Source: an uncultured Gammaproteobacteria bacterium
GTDB taxonomy: Bacteria; Patescibacteriota; Patescibacteriia; Magasanikbacterales; GWA2-37-8
Assembly: GCA_964634875.1 (NCBI GenBank)
Contig: CAZWKA010000007.1
Span: 1,649 to 65,648 of the forward strand
DNA length: 64,000 bases
Direction of reading: 5' to 3'
Positions 38,169 through 46,749 of the stretch are shown one piece after another (positions within the stretch are counted from its first letter, which is position 1; every line of letters starts with the position of its first letter). A model generated the notes under the pieces. That model was given only the letters and a program-made list of their open reading frames with translations. It did no database searches and had not been told where the DNA came from. The translations under genes were made by a program, and so were the position numbers.

Positions 38169-38537
38169 TCAATTGAACGACTTTCTAACAGTACGAACAC
38201 TCGCTCCAAGCATGTTAGCAATTTCGGTAGTTTCTTTTAATAATCTCGTAACCGAATCTCTATTTGCCTTGTGTGAGGCTCTTAATAAACCAAGCCAAAA
38301 TTTACTTTCATTAGCAGATTTTAAAGCATGATTTAAAAAGACTGCAAAATCTTTTCGAGAATTTCCCCCTTGGGATTCCGCAATATTAGCTCCGATACTG
38401 GTACCGCTACGAAGAAGTTGTTTTGAAATAACCTGAACACTCCAATCATTCTTGTTCAAAGTATCTAGTAACTTAATTAATTGAAGCGCATGCTTATAAG
38501 CTCTATATTTAAGATTGTTTTCTTCAGTCATACGCAA
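38169..38537 (-). CDS. Four helix bundle protein (23S rRNA IVS-protein-like family)
   Basis: QLLRSGTSIGANIAES...SANESKFWL signature; low GC. Confidence 0.92.
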   Translation of the reverse strand: MRMTEENNLKYRAYKHALQLIKLLDTLNKNDWSVQVISKQLLRSGTSIGANIAESQGGNSRKDFAVFLNHALKSANESKFWLGLLRASHKANRDSVTRLLKETTEIANMLGASVRTVRKSFN

Positions 38538-40174
38538 TATTTTGTATTTTTTTCTTTGTATTTAAACTTTGTTAGCAACCGCTCGCTCCTCGCAATGACA
38601 GCAAATAACGCAACATACAGTCCAATCATCCCCCACCACGGCAAAGCAGTATCGAAGGATGCCCAACTTTTCTCCCCAAAAAAACTAACGACCAGTATAA
38701 CATACTTGAGACCCAACGCAGCAAGCCAAGCGATTATTTGCCCCAAAGGGAAATATAAGAAACTCGCTACAAGCGAAACAAAACCGAAGAGCATGAGCCA
38801 GGGTATACACCATAATATTAACACATTCACCAAGGGCGCGACGGTTGATAAGCGGCCAAACTGAAAAAGGATGAGGGGCAGCGTGGCAATAATTGCCGAA
38901 AGGGTGGCAATAAGCGTTTCAACAAAAGGCTTAACTTTGTCATTGCGAGCTAAGCGAAGCAACCCCCTCGATAAACAAGTCCAGTTCTTGTTAAAAAATG
39001 AATCTGTAATCAAGGGGATTGCTTCGTCCCCGCCGCGGCAGGTCCTCGCAATGACATGCTCTAGCACGGGTGAGACATACACAAGCCCGAGCGTTGCTAA
39101 AAATGACAACTGGAACCCCGCGTCCCAGATAAGTACGTACGGATTCAATAGCGTCATCACTGCCGCAGTAAAGACAAGTACGTTACTGATGCGCGACAAT
39201 CGCCCCAACTGGCGCGCGACCAGAACCAAACTCCCCATGATCCCAGCGCGCACAACCGATGCAGAGGCACCGGTAAAAATAACAAAGATACAAATAATCC
39301 CAAGGATACACCAAAAGGCACGGCGACGGGATAGCCCGGCCAGCATAAAAATACTGCCGAGCACCGTGCCAATGATCGTAATGTTAAATCCGGAAACAGC
39401 AATGATGTGCGTAACGCCGGTACGGCTGAAATTCTCACTGAGTTCCTTGGGTAACCCACTTTTGCTGCCGTACAGGAGACCGGCCATGAAACTAGCTTCG
39501 GGCTCACCCCAAAGCCGGCCAATCTGTTGGCCAATACGTGATTTTAATTTTAGAATCCTACCCATCAGCGGGCTCCCGCTTTGGCCTTCTTCTAGAGTAA
39601 TAAACGGATTATTACACACCGACCAAACAGCTTGCTGAGCCAAGTATTTATCATACCGAAATGTCCCATCCGGGGCGACGAACGGAGCGTCAAGCAAGCA
39701 TTTGATGGTTAATCTGTCGCCGTACTGAAAAGCCGGGTATGATCGATTCTTAAGCAACATTTTTCCTGAAACAAAGTGTTCAGTCTTATTTTCAATCAAT
39801 TTTTCGACAGCGAGGATATAGCGAGTTTCGCCAATCTGCACGTCCGGTTCTGCGGTCACAAATCCCGTTACCGTTACCGGGCGCCCATTGTACGAGTGAA
39901 GCTCGCCGGGCGCATCCGCTGGAAACGAAACCAAAAAACGGAGTGCGCCAAGGATAAAAAATAAAACAACCAAAAGAATACACCTAGCGCCCAACCGAGA
40001 CCAATTCATAATCGCCAGGAACGCAGCGATAAAGAATAGAATAAATAATGGATACAAGAAGTAATCATCGGTGCAAAACGAAAAAATCCCTGCCCCAAGC
40101 ATAAACGAAAAACAAAACGCGAGGAACGTTTTGCTTCGTGAATTGATTATTGTGGTATATGCCCCCTCAAGCAT
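38528..40174 (-). CDS. comEC: ComEC/Rec2 competence channel (OB plus Competence domains)
   Basis: TGVTHIIAVSGFN, SVVRAGIMG and DAGFQLSFLAT motifs; carries in-frame palindrome insertions. Confidence 0.93.
   Translation of the reverse strand: MLEGAYTTIINSRSKTFLAFCFSFMLGAGIFSFCTDDYFLYPLFILFFIAAFLAIMNWSRLGARCILLVVLFFILGALRFLVSFPADAPGELHSYNGRPVTVTGFVTAEPDVQIGETRYILAVEKLIENKTEHFVSGKMLLKNRSYPAFQYGDRLTIKCLLDAPFVAPDGTFRYDKYLAQQAVWSVCNNPFITLEEGQSGSPLMGRILKLKSRIGQQIGRLWGEPEASFMAGLLYGSKSGLPKELSENFSRTGVTHIIAVSGFNITIIGTVLGSIFMLAGLSRRRAFWCILGIICIFVIFTGASASVVRAGIMGSLVLVARQLGRLSRISNVLVFTAAVMTLLNPYVLIWDAGFQLSFLATLGLVYVSPVLEHVIARTCRGGDEAIPLITDSFFNKNWTCLSRGLLRLARNDKVKPFVETLIATLSAIIATLPLILFQFGRLSTVAPLVNVLILWCIPWLMLFGFVSLVASFLYFPLGQIIAWLAALGLKYVILVVSFFGEKSWASFDTALPWWGMIGLYVALFAVIARSERLLTKFKYKEKNTKYCV
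38575..38599 (-). repeat. Half palindromic element at the comEC 3' end
   Basis: GTCATTGCGAGGAGCGAGCG translated as VIARSER. Confidence 0.7.
38939..39055. repeat. Full palindromic element inserted in frame in comEC
   Basis: 117 bp GTCATTGCGAG...CTCGCAATGAC, exactly 39 codons (VIART...LARND). Confidence 0.92.
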
Positions 40175-40251
40175 AGGCTGGAGTTTGGTTAAAAAGACGT
40201 ATCAAGCATTAGGCAAATACGAGGAAATTGAATTCACTGCTTGGGCATATA

Positions 40252-40875
40252 CTACGATCGGACGAAGAACTCATACACGATTAGAGCCACTTGAAAAATA
40301 ATCAATGCCTCAATAACCCATGCTGCAAAACGTATTTTGCGGCGCTGACTATTGTATAGAGCGACATCAGCGGGATCGATAGGCACAACGCTATACCCGG
40401 CAGCACGAAGCGCACCCGTCAATGTTTGAACATCACCGTATGAAAGTTGATACAACCAGGGGGCCTGATCACTGCACTCAATCTTGATCGCCCAGGTAGC
40501 TTGGAATTTGACGAGCGCGAACAGGTTAAGCGAAGGACTCGGCACAAAAGAAATTCTCGTAACCGACGATTTAGCCACAGTGTTGAGCAGTTTTGCGCCG
40601 TGCGATCTAACCTCCAACCCGGCCTCCCCGACACGCAAGTATTCCCGTTTGCCCAGAGCGCTCCAAAACCATATAGCAATAATAACCGTAAAAAGTTTGG
40701 CCGCGACCACGAGCGCCTCAACGTTAAATTCGTAAGGGTACTGCTCAAGATTCTTAACAACAAAAAAAGTACCCACCGCAACAGTGACAACAGTCATGAA
40801 AATAGCCAACCAAAAAACTCGCCGCAAATTAAAGCCCGGATTTTGGAGTATATATGTGTACGAGTTTTCAGGCAT
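40252..40875 (-). CDS. Hypothetical membrane protein
   Basis: Two N-terminal TMs, a beta-rich domain and a C-terminal TM; immediately after leuS. Confidence 0.7.
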   Translation of the reverse strand: MPENSYTYILQNPGFNLRRVFWLAIFMTVVTVAVGTFFVVKNLEQYPYEFNVEALVVAAKLFTVIIAIWFWSALGKREYLRVGEAGLEVRSHGAKLLNTVAKSSVTRISFVPSPSLNLFALVKFQATWAIKIECSDQAPWLYQLSYGDVQTLTGALRAAGYSVVPIDPADVALYNSQRRKIRFAAWVIEALIIFQVALIVYEFFVRS

Positions 40876-40879
40876 ACAT

Positions 40880-43800
40880 TTAGACAACAATACTTACCAA
40901 TTTGCCTTTGACATAAATGACCTTCTTTGGTTCTTGACCCTTCAGCCAAGCAACAATTTTTTCACTTGCTAGCGCCAGTTTTTTAACTGTTTCATCGTCA
41001 AGGTTCTTAGCGACCGTCAGCTGGTCGCGGACTTTACCATTGACCTGAATAACGAGCGCAAAGCTGTCATCGACTAACCATTTTGCATCGGCAATGGGCC
41101 ACGGCGCGAGCGCCACGCTACCGTCGTTACCGAGGGCACTTGACCACAACTCTTCGGCTACATGCGGCGCAAACGGCGCAAGTACTTTGATCAGCATTTC
41201 ATACACTGACTTGCCAATATGCGTAAAACCACTCATTTCATTAATGAACTCCATCATCTTGGCAACTGACGTGTTAAATTTCATTTCATCAATATCGCTC
41301 GACACTTTAGCAACGAGGCGGTGCGCTAACTTATATTGCTCCTCAGAAATCCCTGATTCATCAGCGGTAACTTTTTCTTGCAAGTTCCACACTTTTTCAA
41401 GAAAACGATAGACACCAACAACACCATTCGTATTCCAAGCTACTGCCTGGTCGAACGGACCCATAAACATAATATAGCTGCGTAAGGCGTCGGCACCAAA
41501 CTGAGCCACAATATCGTCGGGATTCACCACGTTCCCACGACTCTTACTCATTTTTTCACCATCTTCCGCAAGAATGATGCCGTGGGAAGTGCGCTTTTTA
41601 TACGGTTCGAGTGTTGGGACTAATCCCTGGTCATACAAAAATTGATTCCAGAAACGGGAATAGAGCAGGTGCAGCACCGTGTGCTCATTACCACCGTTAT
41701 ACCAATCAACGGGCGCCCAGTACTGTAGTTTTTCTGGTGCAGCAAAGGCAGTGTCGTTGTGCGGATCCATATAGCGCAGCCAGTACCAACTTGACCCAGC
41801 CCAATTCGGCATCGTGTCGGTTTCACGGCGGGCTGTGCCAGGAACAAAAACATTGTGGATGTCGGTGTAGTTTTTAAGGATTTGGTTTTCGGGCAATACT
41901 TCTTTAAGCTTTTCAAAACCATGATACCCCCAGGCACAACCAATAATATTCCTTCGGTCTAAGAATTCTTCAAGCTCATAGACGTCTGCTTTGGTATCTG
42001 TAAAATAAAAAGCATCTTGTTCGCTTATTTCCCAAGCCTTACAAATTGAAGCAATTTTTTCTTCTTTGGAATGGTGGTCTTCAAAAGTAAGCACATGCGT
42101 AGCATCAAGACCTGACACTGCAATTTTATTTTCAATGTATAATTTTGACCCACTTGAAACAATCGCAATTTTGGTGTTTTTAATCTTTTTAATTTCCGCA
42201 ATAAACTCAGCGAACAAATCAAAGCCCTCAGCATTCATCTGCGCTCCATACTCAGCTGTAAACCGCTGGTTCCACGCAACCATTTCATCCGTCATAGTAT
42301 GACCTTTAGCATGATACGGTTTTTTATCAAAATATTCTTCCATCTGCGCGAGGGCATCATCACGATCTTTAGCATAACCTGAAGTAACCCGTGCCCGGAG
42401 TGACGCCTCAAAAGTATCGCCAACGACACCGTCAAAATCAAAAATTAAATACTTAGGGGTGTCGGCTGACAACTTGGTACAGCGCGGACAATCGGTTTTT
42501 ACCCAATCATCAATTTTTGACAGCGGTGACTCGCCCGTGTCAGTCGGTTCATATTTTTCTACCTGGGGCAACGTGAGCGGCAGCTGGTCTTCCGGAACTG
42601 GCACATACCCACACTTATCACAAATGACAATGGGAATTGGTTCACCCCAGTAGCGCTGGCGTGAAAAAACCCAGTCACGGAGTTTGTAGTTGGTTTTGGC
42701 GACACCAAATTTCTCAGTAATTTTTTGCTTGGCTTCCGCCGAAGTAAGACCGCTAAACTCAGCGGAATGTATGAGCACACCGTCTTCGGTAAGCGCAAAG
42801 CCGCCAGCAGTAAACCAACGCCATTCAAATGGTCCGTCAACCACATTCACAAAGCCGCCTACTTCATCCTGCGGTATCCAAACCGGGTCATGCTTAGCAC
42901 TTTCGGCGAGCGCAATAGTATCTTTAGCTTCGTCATCAAGCTCAAAATGCAACGGATGAATTTCAGCATACCGATTTTCATCTTTGTGTGCCGCATGGTA
43001 TTGAGTGTGAAACTCAACGCCCAGCGACCGGACAAAACGAATATTCCTATATCCTGTTTCTTCCATAATTTCCCGCTTCGCCGCCTCAACCACATCTTCA
43101 CCATCTTCGACACCACCAATTATAAAGGTATGCGGTAAACGACTGCCCCAGACTGCGCCTTTCCATGAGAGCATCAAAATTGCACCATCACTTTTACGGC
43201 TGACAATAGCGTGCACCGTACGCCGACGGACTGTTTTTTTATCCGGCCGTGGCGGGTTTACTGGCTCGATGAATTGCGGCGCAATTACCTGTCGCACAGA
43301 AAGATTATATTTTTTAGCGAACTCAAAATCACGCTCATCGTGAGCGGGCACGCCCATGACTGCACCAGTACCAACCGTACTCAAAACATAGTTAGTAATC
43401 CATACCGGAACAGTTTCGCCGGTGGCCGGATTCACTGCGGTGACACCGGTTTCGATACCAGTTTTTTCGGGTTCTTCACGGGTATTCATAACCGCACGGG
43501 CGGCGATACATTCGGCAATATATTTTTTGACCTCGACTGTTGTTTCCCACCCGACTTCGAGCCATTTTTTGGCAACTTCGGGGGCAATAGCAATATAGGT
43601 GACGCCGAAAAGAGTATCCGGACGCGTCGTGAAGACTTCTATTTCTTCAAATCCAGGGAATTGCTTCGTCGTTTCACTCCTCGCAATGACAAATTTGATG
43701 AGTGCACCTTCACTTTTGCCAATCCAATTTTGTTGCTGTGCTTTGGCTTCGGGAATATACTTTACTTCTTCAAGTCCTTGAAGCAACTGCTCAGCATACT

Positions 43801-44389
43801 TGGTAATCGCCAGCATCCACTGTTCTTTGTTCCTTGCCTCAACCGGCGTGCCGCAACGTTCACAGCAACCACCAACCACTTCTTCGTTGGCGAGCCCAAT
43901 TTTGTCTTTTGGACACCAGTTAATCGGCTGATTTTTTTTGTACGCAAGTCCGGCTTTAAAAAATTGTAAGAATAACCACTGGGTCCATTTGTAATACTTG
44001 GGATCAGTGGTATCAATCACGCGAGACCAGTCAAAACCAAAACCAAGACTCTTAAGTTGCCGAGTAAATGTAGCGATATTTTCTTTAGTTACTTCGGCAG
44101 GTGGACGGCCAGTTTTGATAGCATAATTTTCGGTCGGCAAACCAAAGGCGTCAAAACCAATTGGATATAAAACGTTACATCCTTCCATCCGTTTCTTACG
44201 CGACACCACATCCATGGCGGTGAAAGGGCGCGGGTGACCGACGTGGAGGCCGGCGCCAGACGGGTACGGAAATTCAATGAGCGCATAGAATTTTTGTCTA
44301 GTGACATCGTCGCTAGCAGCAAAGGTTTTATTTTTGTCCCAATATTTTTGCCATTTCTTTTCAATTTCCTCCGGATTGTATTTTTTCAT
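40880..44389 (-). CDS. leuS: Leucine--tRNA ligase with inserted Nudix and HAD domains
   Basis: FPYPSGAGLHVGH, FTTRPDT, RDWVFSRQRYWG and KMSKS motifs; Nudix box GGVEDGEDVVEAAKREIMEETG; HAD motif IFDFDGVVGDT. Confidence 0.97.
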   Translation of the reverse strand: MKKYNPEEIEKKWQKYWDKNKTFAASDDVTRQKFYALIEFPYPSGAGLHVGHPRPFTAMDVVSRKKRMEGCNVLYPIGFDAFGLPTENYAIKTGRPPAEVTKENIATFTRQLKSLGFGFDWSRVIDTTDPKYYKWTQWLFLQFFKAGLAYKKNQPINWCPKDKIGLANEEVVGGCCERCGTPVEARNKEQWMLAITKYAEQLLQGLEEVKYIPEAKAQQQNWIGKSEGALIKFVIARSETTKQFPGFEEIEVFTTRPDTLFGVTYIAIAPEVAKKWLEVGWETTVEVKKYIAECIAARAVMNTREEPEKTGIETGVTAVNPATGETVPVWITNYVLSTVGTGAVMGVPAHDERDFEFAKKYNLSVRQVIAPQFIEPVNPPRPDKKTVRRRTVHAIVSRKSDGAILMLSWKGAVWGSRLPHTFIIGGVEDGEDVVEAAKREIMEETGYRNIRFVRSLGVEFHTQYHAAHKDENRYAEIHPLHFELDDEAKDTIALAESAKHDPVWIPQDEVGGFVNVVDGPFEWRWFTAGGFALTEDGVLIHSAEFSGLTSAEAKQKITEKFGVAKTNYKLRDWVFSRQRYWGEPIPIVICDKCGYVPVPEDQLPLTLPQVEKYEPTDTGESPLSKIDDWVKTDCPRCTKLSADTPKYLIFDFDGVVGDTFEASLRARVTSGYAKDRDDALAQMEEYFDKKPYHAKGHTMTDEMVAWNQRFTAEYGAQMNAEGFDLFAEFIAEIKKIKNTKIAIVSSGSKLYIENKIAVSGLDATHVLTFEDHHSKEEKIASICKAWEISEQDAFYFTDTKADVYELEEFLDRRNIIGCAWGYHGFEKLKEVLPENQILKNYTDIHNVFVPGTARRETDTMPNWAGSSWYWLRYMDPHNDTAFAAPEKLQYWAPVDWYNGGNEHTVLHLLYSRFWNQFLYDQGLVPTLEPYKKRTSHGIILAEDGEKMSKSRGNVVNPDDIVAQFGADALRSYIMFMGPFDQAVAWNTNGVVGVYRFLEKVWNLQEKVTADESGISEEQYKLAHRLVAKVSSDIDEMKFNTSVAKMMEFINEMSGFTHIGKSVYEMLIKVLAPFAPHVAEELWSSALGNDGSVALAPWPIADAKWLVDDSFALVIQVNGKVRDQLTVAKNLDDETVKKLALASEKIVAWLKGQEPKKVIYVKGKLVSIVV
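43656..43690 (-). repeat. Half palindromic element in frame in leuS
   Basis: GTCATTGCGAGGAGTGAAACGACGAAGCAATTCCC translated as VIARSETTKQFP. Confidence 0.85.
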
Positions 44390-44474
44390 AACATGTTAAC
44401 TAATCAGCTGAAGCTTAGAATAGTCTTAGTCTACTCAAAAGACAGGTTAAAATCAAGCAACATCTACTTCGTTA

Positions 44475-45338
44475 TTATTTCTGACAATTTCGGCAAAAAT
44501 GCGTCCCTCGCCCCGCTACCTTAGTTTTTTCGATAGTGCCGGTTTTACACGTTTTACACCGCGCATTCTTGGAACCGTACACTTTTAGGTGCGCGGAAAA
44601 ATTGCCTTTGTTGCCTTCACTATCGATGTAATTATTAAACGTTGTGCCGCGATACTTAACCGCCTTTTTAATGATTGCATTTGAGGCAATGTGGAGCTTT
44701 TTAATCTCAGCCGGCGTCAGCGTAGCTGTCCGCCTGGTTGGCAGCACACCAGCCGCGTGACAAATTTCATCGGCATAGATATTCCCTATTCCCGCAATCA
44801 GCGCCTGGTTGAGCAGCAGCGCCTTGATGTTCGTTTTTTTATTTTTGAGCAGCGCCAAAAATTTCGCAAACGTAAAATCTTTTGTAAGCGGTTCAATGCC
44901 AAAACCATCCAAAACTTTTATCGACTGCTCCTCAGTAACTAATTTTAAATACCCAAACTTGCGCAGATCATTAAAAAATAGCTGTGACGCATCGCCAAAC
45001 GTAAAAATAGCACCCGTAAACTTATCCGGCAGTTGTGTGTTTAGCGTTTTAAAACTGTGACCGCCGCCGACAATAGTATTTTTGAAAACATACACGAGCT
45101 GCCCGGTCATTTTGAGATGCACCAGAAGAACATCCGTCGCTTTTTCAAAACGAAAAATCATCAACTTCCCCCGCCGGTCAATCTCACTGATTTTTTTACC
45201 AACTAAAAAAGCTGCCACCTCTTGGGGTTTTCCGGCAGCTACTTTAGGATACAGCGCCTTAAACTCAGTAATTTTTTTACCGATAATTTTGCGGCGTAAA
45301 TCTTGGCGGATCGTTTCAACTTCGGGTAATTCGGGCAT
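44475..45338 (-). CDS. mutM: Formamidopyrimidine-DNA glycosylase
   Basis: PELPEVE, HLKMTG, GIGNIYADE motifs and C-terminal Zn finger. Confidence 0.97.
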   Translation of the reverse strand: MPELPEVETIRQDLRRKIIGKKITEFKALYPKVAAGKPQEVAAFLVGKKISEIDRRGKLMIFRFEKATDVLLVHLKMTGQLVYVFKNTIVGGGHSFKTLNTQLPDKFTGAIFTFGDASQLFFNDLRKFGYLKLVTEEQSIKVLDGFGIEPLTKDFTFAKFLALLKNKKTNIKALLLNQALIAGIGNIYADEICHAAGVLPTRRTATLTPAEIKKLHIASNAIIKKAVKYRGTTFNNYIDSEGNKGNFSAHLKVYGSKNARCKTCKTGTIEKTKVAGRGTHFCRNCQK

Positions 45339-45390
45339 ACAAAAAAGAACACCTTTTCTTAAAAAGCGACCTTGCGGCCGCTTTTCTTTT

Positions 45391-46314
45391 TTAAACTGTT
45401 GGTTTGTTGCGTAGTTTGCGCCGAACCAACCAGATACTGAGCAAGGCGATACCCCATACTGGAGAGAAAATAAGTACCCAGATACCGAGTTCGGCTAATT
45501 CCTGGCCGACCTCAATAAGCGTACGGATTGCCTCTTTGACCACTGCAACCGGGCGCCAGACTGAACCATCTTGCTCCACAACAGGCAAAACACTAGGATC
45601 AGTCGACAGATTGACCGTCAAAACCGAAAGATCCACACTCTCTTGAAGATATTTGCGACGCGCTTCATAGCTTTCAATCTCGGAACGGATTTGAGTCAGT
45701 TCGCGCTGCACACTGAGTACGTCGGCAATACTGCCGGAACGCTTCATTATTTCAAGGAGTTGCGCTTCGCTGGCGCGATAATTTTTAAGCCGGGCTTCCA
45801 GATCAACATATTCTTCGGTCACATCTGTGCCCCGAATATTTTCACTTTCGAGTTCACCAAAATTTTTGACTTCCGCAATACCAGCGCTAAATTCTTTCGC
45901 TGGGATACGCACCGTAATGCGCCCCACCGGGACCAAACCATTTTTGTAAACAGTACTTTCAACCACGAAACCACCTTTTTTGAGGGCAAGGTCGGTAATT
46001 TGTTGCAGCGACCAATTCAGGTCTTTAACAACGAGCGACAATTCGCTCGAACGCACCACCATTCGCTCTTCACGGGCAGGCGAAGGACTTGCCGATGGCG
46101 CTACCTGGTCGGCTGCATACGAAGGAGCCTGGGCTACTTTACCCATTCCAAACCCACCATACGCTCCGCCCTCGTCAGATTCAACCAGGCTGTAAGAGCT
46201 GCTGCCGGTGGTCGTCATGCCCTGGCGCTCATAGTACGTTTTGCCAAAAGCAATCGCGAACACCAAACATAAAAATAAGCCGATACCAAGGGCAAGTTTA
46301 GCTTTGGAGGACAT
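45391..46314 (-). CDS. DUF4349 domain protein
   Basis: ITVRIPA, DVTEEYVDLEARL, coiled coil and C-terminal TM. Confidence 0.85.
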   Translation of the reverse strand: MSSKAKLALGIGLFLCLVFAIAFGKTYYERQGMTTTGSSSYSLVESDEGGAYGGFGMGKVAQAPSYAADQVAPSASPSPAREERMVVRSSELSLVVKDLNWSLQQITDLALKKGGFVVESTVYKNGLVPVGRITVRIPAKEFSAGIAEVKNFGELESENIRGTDVTEEYVDLEARLKNYRASEAQLLEIMKRSGSIADVLSVQRELTQIRSEIESYEARRKYLQESVDLSVLTVNLSTDPSVLPVVEQDGSVWRPVAVVKEAIRTLIEVGQELAELGIWVLIFSPVWGIALLSIWLVRRKLRNKPTV

Positions 46315-46331
46315 GGGGAAAGATTTAAAAA

Positions 46332-46655
46332 TTAGACAAGATGTTTATTGATCATTTCTTGCAACTTCTCTTTCTGGACACCACCCACAACCTGGTCAAC
46401 CATTTTGCCGTCTTTGAAAAGAAGGAAGCTCGGAATGCTGAGGACATTATATTGCCCGGCAGTATTTGGGTTCTCGTCCACATTAACCTTGCCAACCTTG
46501 AGGTTCTTCCCTTCGTACTCATGTGCAAGAGTCTCCACAATTGGCCCCATCATCTGACAAGGACCACACCATGGTGCCCAGAAATCTACAAAAACGAACG
46601 TATCGGATTTTAAAACTTCATCATTAAAATTTGCGTCGGTGAAAATGTGTTCCAT
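46332..46655 (-). CDS. trxA: Thioredoxin
   Basis: DFWAPWCGPC active site. Confidence 0.97.
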   Translation of the reverse strand: MEHIFTDANFNDEVLKSDTFVFVDFWAPWCGPCQMMGPIVETLAHEYEGKNLKVGKVNVDENPNTAGQYNVLSIPSFLLFKDGKMVDQVVGGVQKEKLQEMINKHLV

Positions 46656-46749
46656 AGGATTAAAATTAAAAGCTAAAAATAAAAGCTAAAAATAAATGTG
46701 TCACCGTGGCGACTCCACTATTTTTAGTTTTTCGTTTTGCGCTTTACGT
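46656..46749. repeat. Heptamer-built intergenic hairpin, copy 4
   Basis: AAAAGCTAAAAATAAAAGCTAAAAATAAATGTGTCACCGTGGCGA...TTTTTAGTTTTTCGTTTTGCG; fills the infB-trxA spacer. Confidence 0.85.

Noticed and set aside
38169-38537. Four-helix-bundle gene as the Avd of a diversity-generating retroelement or an rRNA intervening sequence
   Set aside because: No reverse transcriptase, TR/VR pair or rRNA in the window.
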